NCBI GenBank assembly: GCA_039588295.1
Contig: JBDHAB010000001.1
Location: 32,001 to 96,000, forward strand
DNA length: 64,000 nt
DNA from: Gemmatimonadota bacterium
GTDB taxonomy: Bacteria; Gemmatimonadota; Gemmatimonadetes; Gemmatimonadales; GWC2-71-9
Reading direction: 5' to 3'
Part shown: one piece after another, positions 28,530 through 37,910 of the stretch
Layout: every line of letters begins with the position of its first letter
Position numbering within the stretch: the first letter of the stretch is position 1
Position numbers and translations under genes: made by a program
Notes under the pieces: model-generated
Told to the model about the DNA's origin: nothing
Database searches by the model: none
Seen by the model: the letters and a program-made list of their open reading frames with translations, nothing else

Positions 28530-28925
28530 ATGCCGATTCGATATACGATTGACTCGAAGAACGGCGTCGTCTACACGACGGCAAGTGGCACGCTAACGGA
28601 AGACGAGCTGTTGGCTCACAAGCGGGCACTGATGCGCGATCCCGCCTTCAACGCGGGAATGAAGGAGCTGTCGGATATCCGCGCCGTCGAGCATCTCGAT
28701 GTCTCGGTTGAGGCGATTCAAGGTTTGGCCAAGTTCGACCGTGAGCATACGAATGATGTTGGTGAGCACCAACTGGGATTGCTTGTCCCCACGGATTTCG
28801 TGTTCGGCATGGCGCGCATGTATGAGATGATGACGGAAGGCAATACGGCCGGCGTGGTGGTGTTTCGCGACGAAGCAGAGGCCAAGGCCTGGGTGGGGCT
28901 TGGCGAGGCACCACCGCTCGGGTGA
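28530..28925 (+). CDS. Hypothetical protein, SpoIIAA/STAS-like
   Basis: MPIRYTID...FGMARMY...VFRDEAEAKAWVG pattern; RBS GGAG. Confidence 0.7.
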   Translation: MPIRYTIDSKNGVVYTTASGTLTEDELLAHKRALMRDPAFNAGMKELSDIRAVEHLDVSVEAIQGLAKFDREHTNDVGEHQLGLLVPTDFVFGMARMYEMMTEGNTAGVVVFRDEAEAKAWVGLGEAPPLG

Positions 28926-28947
28926 GTTACCCCTTCGCAGGTGGCGG

Positions 28948-29580
28948 CTAGAAGAAGGCAACCGTTGCCCCGGCCACCCCCGTCAGGCGAAAGCCGTGAC
29001 CGATGTGAAACAGGAGGTCGGCCCTGGGCGTGATAACGACGCTGCCAACTGGCCATCGCGCACCAAAACCTGCGGTGGTAACAAACGCCACAAACGACTT
29101 GAGCGGCGACGCGTCCAGGACCGATGTGTCGATATCCCCTACGGCCCCTATGCCGATACCGACCTTGCCAAACGGACCGGACCGCCTGCCGTAGCGTGCA
29201 ACAACACTCGCCGCCCATCTCGCGATGGTGCGGGTCCGGCCCGGGTCGGGGAAAAACGCCCCGCCCTCTGCGAAATGCTCACGACGAAAGACGCCAACGA
29301 GTTCGCCTCCGAGCGACACCGTGCGCGAACGATCGCCGACCTCAATGATGGCGGCCACCGCCGGACCGCCAAACCGGCCGGTGCCGACGCCCATGCCCAA
29401 CCCCATGTCGACCCACTTACCACCGAGATTGTCGGTCGACTGCGCGGCGAGGACACACACGTCCGTCGCCGCCGCCGCCAGCACGACACCTACCGGCGCA
29501 AACAGCAGGGTCAGGAGTCTCAGTCTGCGGCGAACCCACCCTCGCTGGGGCTGCAGATGGGGCTGAACGGAGGCATGCAT
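28948..29580 (-). CDS. Hypothetical secreted / small beta-barrel protein
   Basis: Hydrophobic N-terminal segment, Gly-rich amphipathic strands, C-terminal Phe; start uncertain. Confidence 0.5.
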   Translation of the reverse strand: MHASVQPHLQPQRGWVRRRLRLLTLLFAPVGVVLAAAATDVCVLAAQSTDNLGGKWVDMGLGMGVGTGRFGGPAVAAIIEVGDRSRTVSLGGELVGVFRREHFAEGGAFFPDPGRTRTIARWAASVVARYGRRSGPFGKVGIGIGAVGDIDTSVLDASPLKSFVAFVTTAGFGARWPVGSVVITPRADLLFHIGHGFRLTGVAGATVAFF

Positions 29581-29686
29581 GGGCGTCAGGGCATCCGCAC
29601 GGTGCTATGTCAGCTACCTCGCCAGCATCGGCGAGGTCACGCCGTGAGCTGATCCGCACAGGCGCGGGTCGACCGGCGCGCCGGAG

Positions 29687-30133
29687 CTACGCACTGAACT
29701 GCCGCAGGTGATGATCGAGGTGCCGGTACATCAGGACGTCCCAATCGCGGGGTGTCATTCGACCGAACATCGGATGGGTTGGGGCGAGTTGACTGGCAGG
29801 CGCGGCCGCAAACCGAACGATCAGGTCCACGAGCGAGGCGCGATCTACCTCCCAGCCCGCTGCTGAAGTGCCGAGTGTTCCGGGCGGAGCCTTTGCTTTG
29901 CCCTTGGGCCACGGAAGCACATGGATCAAGAGATACCGGATCGGTGCAAGGCGCGTGTATCCACGCGGTGGAGCACACGGAATGTCCCCGAGTGCCAGCC
30001 GGAAACCATCTCCGAGGTGAGGGAGGACCTGCGAGTTCTCCATTCTTCCCCAGCGGCGCTCACTTCGTGGAGTCACACAGTCGATCCGCTCAGTAAACGC
30101 TGCGCGAGCGGCTTCACTCCGAAGCGATCGCAT
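29687..30133 (-). CDS. DUF1569 / DinB-like protein
   Basis: RWGRM...HL, HPMFGRMTPRDW, HLDHHLRQF. Confidence 0.85.
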   Translation of the reverse strand: MRSLRSEAARAAFTERIDCVTPRSERRWGRMENSQVLPHLGDGFRLALGDIPCAPPRGYTRLAPIRYLLIHVLPWPKGKAKAPPGTLGTSAAGWEVDRASLVDLIVRFAAAPASQLAPTHPMFGRMTPRDWDVLMYRHLDHHLRQFSA

Positions 30134-30293
30134 TGTCACCTCCGTCGGTGGACGCTGCACGGTGAAGGACCGGACAGTATTGACAACGGGAAACTTGGTG
30201 ATTCTTTGGACGTTCGACCCTTTCTACATTGCACATGCCAAGTTAACCGGATCCTTTCATCTCTTTCGAAACCAGCAGTCCAGGGAGCACGTG

Positions 30294-32117
30294 ATGCGAA
30301 ACAAGAGTAGGCCGGTGCGATGGGCGTCCGTTTTCGGTCTGGTCCTCGGTGTCCTTGTCGCAGCGCCCGGAGCGAGCCTCGGACAAGCCGCGGGTGACCG
30401 CGTTCCGGGCGACCTTTGGATGCGCTACGCGGACGTCGCGCAGGCCGGTTTTGACGCTGCGAAGCTCGCCGCAGCACGAGAGACGTGGGAAGGACTTCCG
30501 TCCTCGGCCTTCATGGTGGTCGCCGACGGTGCGGTCGTCGCTGCCTGGGGCGAGGTTGAGCGACGCTTCATGTGTCATTCGGTGCGGAAGAGTTTCATGT
30601 CCGCGCTCTATGGGATCTACTGGGACCGCGGAGACATCGAACTCAACAAGACGCTGGCCGATCTCGGCATCGACGACGAGCCGGACCCGCTCTTGGAAAC
30701 CGAGACACGGGCGCGGATTCTCGATCTCCTCAAAGCACGCTCCGGAGTCTTCCATCCCGCGGCCTATGCGGGTCGGACGGACTCGCGGCCACGAGGGAGC
30801 GAAGGTCCAGGTCGCTACTTCGCCTACAACAATTGGGACTTCAACACCCTGGCCACGATACTGGAACAGGAAACGGGAGACCGCGTTTTCGAGGCCTTCG
30901 ACCAGCACTTTGGTAAGCCGCTGCAAATGGAGGACTGGCGCGTTTCGGACGGCTACTACCACTTCGAGCGCGACAAGTCGAAATACCCGGCCTACCCATT
31001 TCGGATCTCGGCGCGCGACGCGGCTCGCTTCGGCTTGCTCTTTGCCCGCGATGGGACGTGGAACGACGAGCGGATACTCTCCGAGCACTGGGTTCGCCGC
31101 AGCTCCGCCCTCTACTCGATCGACAACGACATCATAGGATACGGCTTCATGTGGTGGGTGTTGCGTGAGCCCCGATTCACGCGGCATGGGATGTTCACCG
31201 CGCTCGGTGTCGGCAACCAGATGATCGCCGTGCTGCCGAAATCGGATCTGGTAATCGTGAATCGTGCCAACACCTACGAGGGCGAGGGGACACCGACGCC
31301 CGCGCTGCTCGACCTCATCGAGCAGGTCCTCGAGGCACGGACGGGCACTCCGGTTGCAGACCCAAGGCTCACGCCGCTCGAAGTCGGCTCCGACCCGAAG
31401 ATCACCGAGATGCCGAATGACCGCCTCGGGGAGTTCGTCGGCGAGTGGGACTTCCCTCCGTCACCCCTCGGATTGCCCGCGAGCATGAAGGTCCGAATCA
31501 CTGCCGGCGAAGGACATCTCGTGGGTTTTGCCCCGGTCGCAGGCACGTTCAAACTCTATCTCCAAGAGGACGGCTCACTGCATGAGGAAGACAGTCACCG
31601 TCGCTACGTGCCGGTCCGGGACGCTGCCGGTTCCTTCGCCGGGATTGCGGATGCGACTTCCCTCGTGACCGCCGCTATCACTGCCGCAGCCGATGGTCGG
31701 AGCGACCGTGCCGAACAGCTTCTGGCGAAGGTCGAGGGCGACGAAAGCGCCCAAGTCGGAGTCGCAAGAGCCGTTGTCAATCTCCTGGGCGGCCGGCAGC
31801 AGGCGGCGGAGCGCGCAGTTCGGGAGCTGGCGGAGCGCATCAACCCGGCCCGGGTCGAGGCCGAGGTCAACGCCGTGGGTTACGCGTTGCTACAGACTCA
31901 AAGGGCTGAACAGGCACTGGAGATTTTCGAGCTCAATACACGCGTCTTCCCCGAGGCGTTCAACACGTGGGACAGCCTCGCCGAAGCGCACATGGTTCTC
32001 GGCCATGACGATGACGCGATCCGCTTTTACGAGCGGTCTCTGGAACTCAACCCAAACAACACGAACGCGGAAACGATGATCTCCCGGATTCGAAGCGGTG
32101 CAAGGCAACCGAACTAG
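30294..32117 (+). CDS. Secreted serine hydrolase (beta-lactamase/AmpC-like fold) with C-terminal TPR
   Basis: Signal peptide; SVRK (SxxK), YNN (YxN), SARDAARFG; terminal TPR NTWDSLAEA...SLELNPNN. Confidence 0.88.
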   Translation: MRNKSRPVRWASVFGLVLGVLVAAPGASLGQAAGDRVPGDLWMRYADVAQAGFDAAKLAAARETWEGLPSSAFMVVADGAVVAAWGEVERRFMCHSVRKSFMSALYGIYWDRGDIELNKTLADLGIDDEPDPLLETETRARILDLLKARSGVFHPAAYAGRTDSRPRGSEGPGRYFAYNNWDFNTLATILEQETGDRVFEAFDQHFGKPLQMEDWRVSDGYYHFERDKSKYPAYPFRISARDAARFGLLFARDGTWNDERILSEHWVRRSSALYSIDNDIIGYGFMWWVLREPRFTRHGMFTALGVGNQMIAVLPKSDLVIVNRANTYEGEGTPTPALLDLIEQVLEARTGTPVADPRLTPLEVGSDPKITEMPNDRLGEFVGEWDFPPSPLGLPASMKVRITAGEGHLVGFAPVAGTFKLYLQEDGSLHEEDSHRRYVPVRDAAGSFAGIADATSLVTAAITAAADGRSDRAEQLLAKVEGDESAQVGVARAVVNLLGGRQQAAERAVRELAERINPARVEAEVNAVGYALLQTQRAEQALEIFELNTRVFPEAFNTWDSLAEAHMVLGHDDDAIRFYERSLELNPNNTNAETMISRIRSGARQPN

Positions 32118-32182
32118 GTGCACCGCGTGACTTAGGAGACGGTTCAGCCAGGGGTTCGCGGAGCACCCACGAGAAGAGACAC

Positions 32183-32211
32183 AGAGAGCCAACCTAACTG
32201 GTTGGCTCTCT
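32183..32211. terminator. Perfect 12-bp hairpin between convergent units
   Basis: AGAGAGCCAACC-taact-GGTTGGCTCTCT. Confidence 0.6.
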
Positions 32212-32216
32212 TATAG

Positions 32217-32236
32217 TTGCCCGCCTGGGATCGACC
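32217..32236 (-). repeat. Degenerate duplicate of the tRNA-Gln 3' end (att-like scar)
   Basis: CCCGCCTGGGATCGA at 32220-32234 is identical to 32326-32340 in tRNA-Gln. Confidence 0.6.
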
Positions 32237-32290
32237 GGAATGTTCTGAGCGCCAGCGAGGAACGACGGAAACGGACCGGCGAGGCAACAC

Positions 32291-32320
32291 GCAGGGGGCG
32301 GCCGTGCGGCCGCCCCCTGC
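32291..32320 (-). terminator. GC-rich hairpin downstream of tRNA-Gln
   Basis: GCAGGGGGCGGCCG-tg-CGGCCGCCCCCTGC perfect inverted repeat. Confidence 0.7.
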
Positions 32321-32321
32321 A

Positions 32322-32394
32322 TTGCCCCGCCTGGGATCGAACCAGGACTCTTCTGATCCAGAGTCAGACGTGTTGCCAATTACACCACGGGGCA
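32322..32394 (-). tRNA. tRNA-Gln(CTG), no encoded CCA
   Basis: TGCCCCG acceptor stem, anticodon arm TCTGA-CTCTGGA-TCAGA, T arm CCTGG-TTCGATC-CCAGG. Confidence 0.95.
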
Positions 32395-32406
32395 AGACAA
32401 CCTGCA

Positions 32407-32479
32407 TGGAGCTGAGGGGGCTCGAACCCCTGACCTCCTGGGTGCGATCCAGGCGCTCTCCCAGCTGAGCTACAGCCCC
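32407..32479 (-). tRNA. tRNA-Ala(CGC), no encoded CCA
   Basis: GGGGCTG/CAGCTCC acceptor with G3-U70, anticodon arm CCTGG-ATCGCAC-CCAGG, GGTTCGA T loop. Confidence 0.95.
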
Positions 32480-32559
32480 AGTCCGACCGTCGGGCGGCCC
32501 CGGCAGAGCCTTGTACCCGAGACACGACACCCCGCCGGCTCCGCCAGCAGGGCGTGTGG

Positions 32560-32588
32560 AACCTAGATTCCCCGAAAGTGGGCGTCAA
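32560..32588 (-). promoter_or_regulatory. sigma70-type promoter of the tRNA pair
   Basis: TTGACG-17 nt-TAGGTT on the minus strand, ~80 nt upstream of tRNA-Ala. Confidence 0.65.
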
Positions 32589-32618
32589 GACCATCCCGAC
32601 GCCGCGCCACCCAGAATG

Positions 32619-33533
32619 TTACTCGACATACGGCACGTCGATCACCAACCCGTCGCGAGCCACTATCGTGTTGGGAAATATCGGCTTGGCCTCCTTCAAC
32701 AGCACTTCGGGCGTGGCCGAGTAGCGCGCCGAGACGTGGGTCAGCACGAGCTGTCTCGCCCGGGCCGCGAGCGCAACCTGTGCAGCCTCCACCGCGGTCG
32801 CATGGTCAGTCTCGCGCGCCCGATCCTTCTCCTCATCCCCAAAGGTGGCCTCATGGATCAGCACGTCGGCGCCGTCAGCTGCCCGAACCACGTCCTCGCA
32901 CGGTCGCGTGTCGCCGGAATACACCACCAGGCGGCCTGGACGAGGCGGACCCACCAGTGTCTCGGGACCAATGGTGGTGCCATCGTCGAGTGTGACCGTC
33001 TCGCCTCGATGGAGATCTCCCCACCGCGGCCCCTCCGGAACCCCTAGCTCCCGCGCCTTCTCCGGATCGAACCGGCCGAGCCGCTGATGCTCCCGGAGCG
33101 CGAAGCCGACCGCGCTCTTGCCATGTTGTACCTCGATCACCTCCAGATCGTACGCCGTCCTCTGCAACACATCACCCGGCTTGAGCTCGTGGATCTCGAC
33201 CTCGAACGGCGCGCGCTCCACGCCGAGCTGCACCGTCGCACCGAGGTACCGCTTCGCACCTCTGGGCCCATAGAGCAATAACGGCTCTGTCCTCCCCTGT
33301 AGCCCGAGGGTGCGGACCAGGCCGGTGACGCCCAGAAAGTGATCGGCATGGAAGTGGCTGATGAAGATCTCCGACAGCGTGAAGCCGACGCCATATCGCA
33401 TCATCTGGCGCTGCGTCCCCTCACCGCACTCGAACAGCAGCGTCTCCCCCTCACGCTGCACGGCGAAGGACGATACCCCCCGCTCCACGGTCGGACGGGC
33501 GGCGGAAGTGCCGAGAAAGGTGAGGGAAAGCAT
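32619..33533 (-). CDS. rnz: Ribonuclease Z
   Basis: FLGTSAARPT, GEGTQRQ, SHFHADH, exosite GVPEGP, SGDT, HEAT, LTHVSARY. Confidence 0.95.
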   Translation of the reverse strand: MLSLTFLGTSAARPTVERGVSSFAVQREGETLLFECGEGTQRQMMRYGVGFTLSEIFISHFHADHFLGVTGLVRTLGLQGRTEPLLLYGPRGAKRYLGATVQLGVERAPFEVEIHELKPGDVLQRTAYDLEVIEVQHGKSAVGFALREHQRLGRFDPEKARELGVPEGPRWGDLHRGETVTLDDGTTIGPETLVGPPRPGRLVVYSGDTRPCEDVVRAADGADVLIHEATFGDEEKDRARETDHATAVEAAQVALAARARQLVLTHVSARYSATPEVLLKEAKPIFPNTIVARDGLVIDVPYVE

Positions 33534-33552
33534 GGCGAGATAATAACGTAGA

Positions 33553-33618
33553 GAGACGGGAGAAGGGATCGGGGACCTTCCCCCCTCCCTTATCCCTTAT
33601 CCCTTATCCCTATCGCCG
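33553..33618. repeat. Heptamer repeat tract (CCCTTAT x3) with a purine-rich upstream arm
   Basis: CCCTTAT at 33587, 33594 and 33601. Confidence 0.75.
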
Positions 33619-33620
33619 TG

Positions 33621-34526
33621 TCAGAACACCGTGACGTTGATGTACCGCCCCGGTCGCGCCCGGACATCGTCCAGCAACATCCGGAGCGACTGGAGCGTCT
33701 CGTGCATGTCGACGTACAGCGTGCTATCGGTCAGCATCTTACCCATCGAACCTTCGGGCGATCGCATCTGCTCGAGCAACAGCGCGAGACTCGTCGTGAC
33801 AGCGGCCAGGCCCTGAGTCATCTCCTGGACGCTTTCCGCAATCTCATCGAGTTGCGACAGGCTCTCATTGATCCCAGGGTTCGACAGTGTAGAATCGAGC
33901 GCTCGCGCCGCGCTCTTGAGCGCGCCCAGGGTCGCCGCCGCATCCTCGACGATCGGCCCGGCGCCCACGCGCCCCACAACATTCATAGCACGTTCCGTGG
34001 CCGCCAGCGTCTGGCGAACCTGGTTCACCATGTTCTCCGACAGCAGGTCTTGGGACGACTGGAGCAGCTGGGTTGCCTGTTCGGTGAGTCTCACCGCACT
34101 CGATGCAAGCTCAACTTCGTCGCCTCCCAAGATCACGCCGTCGTCCGGCAATAGCTCGTCCGCCTCACCGGGCATATAGGAAACGTATTTGGCGCCCAGA
34201 AAGTCGAGCGACCCGACCTCCGCTCGCGCGTCGGCACGGGGGCGCACCCGCCGGTCCACCTCGATGTAGACAAGCACTCGCCCGACCTCCGCCAGCTCAA
34301 CGCGGGCAACACGGCCCACGCCCACGCCGGAGATCTGCACCGGATCGCCCTCGGTGAGTCCGCTCACCATGGTGAACTGCACCGGCACCACCATCCGTCC
34401 CCGCGAGGTAATTGAGCGTCCAGTGAGCCACATGAGCAGCGCGATCAGAATTACAAGCGCCGCGATCACGAGCGCACCAACGGCTATCTCTTGTTTGTAG
34501 TAGAGGTCCATGCTGTTGCCACTCAA
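33621..34526 (-). CDS. MlaD/MCE-family protein
   Basis: N-terminal TM, GLTEGDPVQISGVGVGRV, C-terminal GSMGKMLTDSTLY...PGRYINVTVF. Confidence 0.9.
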   Translation of the reverse strand: MSGNSMDLYYKQEIAVGALVIAALVILIALLMWLTGRSITSRGRMVVPVQFTMVSGLTEGDPVQISGVGVGRVARVELAEVGRVLVYIEVDRRVRPRADARAEVGSLDFLGAKYVSYMPGEADELLPDDGVILGGDEVELASSAVRLTEQATQLLQSSQDLLSENMVNQVRQTLAATERAMNVVGRVGAGPIVEDAAATLGALKSAARALDSTLSNPGINESLSQLDEIAESVQEMTQGLAAVTTSLALLLEQMRSPEGSMGKMLTDSTLYVDMHETLQSLRMLLDDVRARPGRYINVTVF

Positions 34527-35272
34527 CTGACCGTAGGGGTACCGAAATCTCGCTCGAGGAATCGTCTGACAGCCGGATCGCGACTGTCCCGCATTTCCTC
34601 AGGCGTGCCCACCATGCGAATCTGGCCTTCGGTGAGGAGCGCGATGCGGTTCCCCACCCGAAACGAGCCGCGAACGTCGTGCGACACTACGATGCTCGTG
34701 ACGCCGAGTTCGGCCTGCAACTTCTGTATCAACGCGTCGATGATGTCGGCGTTCACGGGATCGAGGCCGGACGTCGGCTCGTCATACAACAGGTACGTCG
34801 GCTGCCCGGCGATCGCGCGGGCGATCCCCACCCGCTTCTTCATCCCACCAGACAGGTCGGACGGAAACTTGTCCGCCGTTGCCGGCGAGAGATTCACCAG
34901 ATCGAGGCACTGCTCCACGCGGCTCCCGCAGTAGTCACGATCCGACTGCCGTTCCAGGTCCGTGATGCCCAGTCGGATGTTCTCGAACACGCTCATCGAG
35001 TCGAACAGCGCACCGAATTGGAACACGTAACCGATCCGGGTCCGGAGTACCGCGAGCTCCTTCCGCTTGAGCAGGGTCACGACTTGCCCATCGACCGTGA
35101 CCTCGCCCACGTCGGGATGAATCAGTCCGTTGATGTGCTTGAGCAGGACGCTCTTTCCCACTCCGGACGGCCCGAGCAAGGAAACAGTCTCACCACCCTG
35201 GACCGCGAAGTCGACTCCGTCCAGGACGATGTTGTCGCCGAACCGCTTGTGCACGTTGCGCAACTCGATCAT
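34523..35272 (-). CDS. MlaF-like ABC transporter ATP-binding protein
   Basis: GPSGVGKS, FQFGALFDSM, LSGGMKKRV, LYDEPTSGLDP. Confidence 0.92.
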   Translation of the reverse strand: MIELRNVHKRFGDNIVLDGVDFAVQGGETVSLLGPSGVGKSVLLKHINGLIHPDVGEVTVDGQVVTLLKRKELAVLRTRIGYVFQFGALFDSMSVFENIRLGITDLERQSDRDYCGSRVEQCLDLVNLSPATADKFPSDLSGGMKKRVGIARAIAGQPTYLLYDEPTSGLDPVNADIIDALIQKLQAELGVTSIVVSHDVRGSFRVGNRIALLTEGQIRMVGTPEEMRDSRDPAVRRFLERDFGTPTVS

Positions 35273-35313
35273 CCGGCGACACCTCGATATCTTGTCCGCC
35301 TATGCCCGGACGA

Positions 35314-35991
35314 ATGCCGCGCAACGCCAATCGCTTCAAGCGCCGCCTGCTGGCGTGGTTCCGCTCGGCGGGCCGCGACCTGCCGTGGCGTCACACGCGC
35401 GATCCGTATCGCGTCCTGGTATCCGAGTTCATGCTCCAGCAGACCCAGGTAACGCGCGTTGCGGAGTACTACCCACGGTTTCTCGACCGCTTCCCGTCGG
35501 TCCACACACTGGCCGCGGCGGAGCCAACCCAGGTGCGCGAGGCATGGGACGGCCTCGGTTACTACCGGCGCGCGGCGAACCTGCACCGACTCGCCCGCAC
35601 CGTCGTCGGCGAGCACGAGGGAGCGATTCCGAGGCACCCCGATGTGCTTGCGTCGCTTCCGGGAGTCGGACGCTACACCGCCGGCGCCGTTGCGAGCTTC
35701 GCCTACCAGCGGCGTGTCGCAGCCGTCGATACGAACGCGGCCCGCGTGCTGCAGCGTGTCTTTCACGTGTCGCGAAGCCGCAAGCCGACCGCCAAAGCGC
35801 TGTGGAGCCTCGCCACGCGCCTCCTCCCCACGCGATCTAAGACTGCCTGGGAGTTCAATCAGGCGCTGATGGACCTGGGCGCGCGGATCTGTATCGCGCG
35901 TACCCCGCGATGCGACGGTTGCCCGGTGCAATCTGCCTGCCGCACCGGCAGCCGGAGGAATGGGCTGCGACCCGACGCCCGCGCGAGCTGA
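35314..35991 (+). CDS. mutY: A/G-specific adenine glycosylase, short form
   Basis: RDLPWR, VSEFMLQQTQV, WDGLGYYRRA, HhH LPGVGRYTA, VDTN, Fe-S Cys cluster; no C-terminal NUDIX-like domain. Confidence 0.9.
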   Translation: MPRNANRFKRRLLAWFRSAGRDLPWRHTRDPYRVLVSEFMLQQTQVTRVAEYYPRFLDRFPSVHTLAAAEPTQVREAWDGLGYYRRAANLHRLARTVVGEHEGAIPRHPDVLASLPGVGRYTAGAVASFAYQRRVAAVDTNAARVLQRVFHVSRSRKPTAKALWSLATRLLPTRSKTAWEFNQALMDLGARICIARTPRCDGCPVQSACRTGSRRNGLRPDARAS

Positions 35992-36017
35992 TCCGCAAGG
36001 CCGCCCCTCCCTTCCCT

Positions 36018-36851
36018 TCATACGAGCAGCACCTGCGACAGAAACGCATCGAGCGCAAGGATCAGCACCGAGGCACTCACCACGGCCCCGGTCGTCGCGC
36101 GACCGACACCTTCGGCTCCCTTCTGGGTGTTGAATCCCATGTAGCAGGGCACCACCGTCACTGCGAGGCCGAAGAATACCGCCTTGATCATCGAGTACCA
36201 CAGGTCGAACGGACGGAAGAAGTACCGCGCTCCGTACACGAAGTCGGCGTTCGTGATGTTGAGCGTGGATTGGGCGGCACCCCATCCGGACACAATGCCG
36301 GTCACATCCGCAAACAGGACCAGCACGGGAAGCATCGCAGTGCCGGCGACTACGCGGGGAATGATGAGGTGTGATACCGGCGACCGACCGAGGCTTTCGA
36401 GGGCATCGATCTGCTCGGTGACACGCATCGTTCCCAACTCGGCGGCATACCGGGCCCCGATGCGACCGGCGAGTACCATCGCCGTCAGTACGGGACCCAA
36501 CTCGAGAATGATCGATTCGACAATGACGCCGGCGGCGAAGTAGACCGGAATACTGCCGGTAAACTGGTAGCCCGCCTGAAGAGAGGTCACGCCGCCCGCG
36601 AACGCCGCCGTGAGCAATACGATGAACAGCGAGCCCACGCCGACGTGCATTGCTTGCTCGATCGTGCGCGGGAACCAGATCCGCCACTCAGGGAGGCCGC
36701 GCACGATCTCGACGACGAGATAGGAAAAGCGCCCCACGTGGGTGGCAACTCGCAGTGCGATCCGACCGAGGTGGCGCCTGGGGTCGAAAACCGGGCTCTC
36801 GTCTGGGATCCGATACGCCCGCGAGAGGCGCCAGCCCTCCTGTTCAGCCAC
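36018..36851 (-). CDS. MlaE-family ABC permease
   Basis: ELGPVLTAMVLAGRIGA, ELGTMRVTEQIDALE, GAEGVGRATT. Confidence 0.92.
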   Translation of the reverse strand: MAEQEGWRLSRAYRIPDESPVFDPRRHLGRIALRVATHVGRFSYLVVEIVRGLPEWRIWFPRTIEQAMHVGVGSLFIVLLTAAFAGGVTSLQAGYQFTGSIPVYFAAGVIVESIILELGPVLTAMVLAGRIGARYAAELGTMRVTEQIDALESLGRSPVSHLIIPRVVAGTAMLPVLVLFADVTGIVSGWGAAQSTLNITNADFVYGARYFFRPFDLWYSMIKAVFFGLAVTVVPCYMGFNTQKGAEGVGRATTGAVVSASVLILALDAFLSQVLLV

Positions 36852-36901
36852 GCGTCACCGCCAATTTGGACCGCGTATGCGCATCGAGGATCCGAGTGCG
36901 C

Positions 36902-37363
36902 TCACAACGCATACCAGGCAAGTAGCGCGACGACGGCCAACACACTCGAGATCAGGGAGACCGCCCACTGGCGTCTGCGGTAGGTCTCGAACGCCGGCGG
37001 TAGCTCACCTCGCTCGGATGCTACCGCGAGCGCGCCGACCCGAGAAGCAGTAGGCAGGCCAACGAATAGCACCATCAGTCCGGCGATCATTCCGGTGATG
37101 ATCATCACCCAGAGCCTGGGCTCACGCATCAGATCGCCGAGTCCCTCGGCGTCCAACGCCATGGTCAAGAGCACGCCCGACCCGAGCACGAGCAGCGCCC
37201 CGAAACCGATGACCATCGTGTGCAACCGCGAGAGAATACGGAACGCGCCGGCGCGGACTGCCGCCGGCTCATCACCCACCGCAGACGCCACGATCATCCC
37301 GGCTACGGCCCCTCCGATCCACAGCGTGCACCCCAGAACATGGACGAACATCACCAACGACAT
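36902..37363 (-). CDS. Hypothetical 4-TM membrane protein
   Basis: HVLGCTLWIGG N-terminal motif, four hydrophobic helices. Confidence 0.7.
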   Translation of the reverse strand: MSLVMFVHVLGCTLWIGGAVAGMIVASAVGDEPAAVRAGAFRILSRLHTMVIGFGALLVLGSGVLLTMALDAEGLGDLMREPRLWVMIITGMIAGLMVLFVGLPTASRVGALAVASERGELPPAFETYRRRQWAVSLISSVLAVVALLAWYAL

Positions 37364-37795
37364 CTACTCCGTCTCTCCCTTGACCAGTTCAGGTTTCACG
37401 GGCCGGCGTCCGGCGAAGCCCGAATCGACTTCGTGCCAATGCGACACCTCCGGCTCGCCGAGCTTCCAGCAGAGAAAGATATCCCGCTCGTCGCGGCGAC
37501 TGTGGAAATCGACGAGCCCGCCGTCGAATCCCTTGAAGATACAGCCCACCGATGACAGCTCGTTGATGAGATCGTTGATGCGCTGCGCGATGTCGTCCAC
37601 CTCAGTACGAAGCTGAACCTGCTCATCGGTTTCCCCGTCATCGCTCTTGCTCTCGGCCGCGATGATCTCGTAACGGTAGATGGAGTCCCGCCACTGCTCG
37701 TACTCCTCTACGATGTCCTCGACAATACGCTGAACGTACGGCAGCGTGGCGTTGGCCTCATCGACGGTGAAGTATTTCACCGCAGTCTCCGTCAT
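37364..37795 (-). CDS. DUF2203 family protein
   Basis: FTVDEANATLP...KGFDGGLVDF...LCWKLGEPEVSHWHE...GFAGR. Confidence 0.88.
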   Translation of the reverse strand: MTETAVKYFTVDEANATLPYVQRIVEDIVEEYEQWRDSIYRYEIIAAESKSDDGETDEQVQLRTEVDDIAQRINDLINELSSVGCIFKGFDGGLVDFHSRRDERDIFLCWKLGEPEVSHWHEVDSGFAGRRPVKPELVKGETE

Positions 37796-37910
37796 CGACG
37801 CAACCCCTGAATCTCGAGGGACCACACAACCCGCACCGAAAAGTAACAAGCCGTGCGCCGCAACAACGACCAGCGTACAGTGGAACTCGGCCCGGCCAGA
37901 CGCGCAGCGA

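Noticed and set aside
35269..36687. 472-aa minus-strand ORF
   Set aside because: Overlaps mlaE out of frame and mutY antisense; Arg-rich shadow ORF typical of high GC
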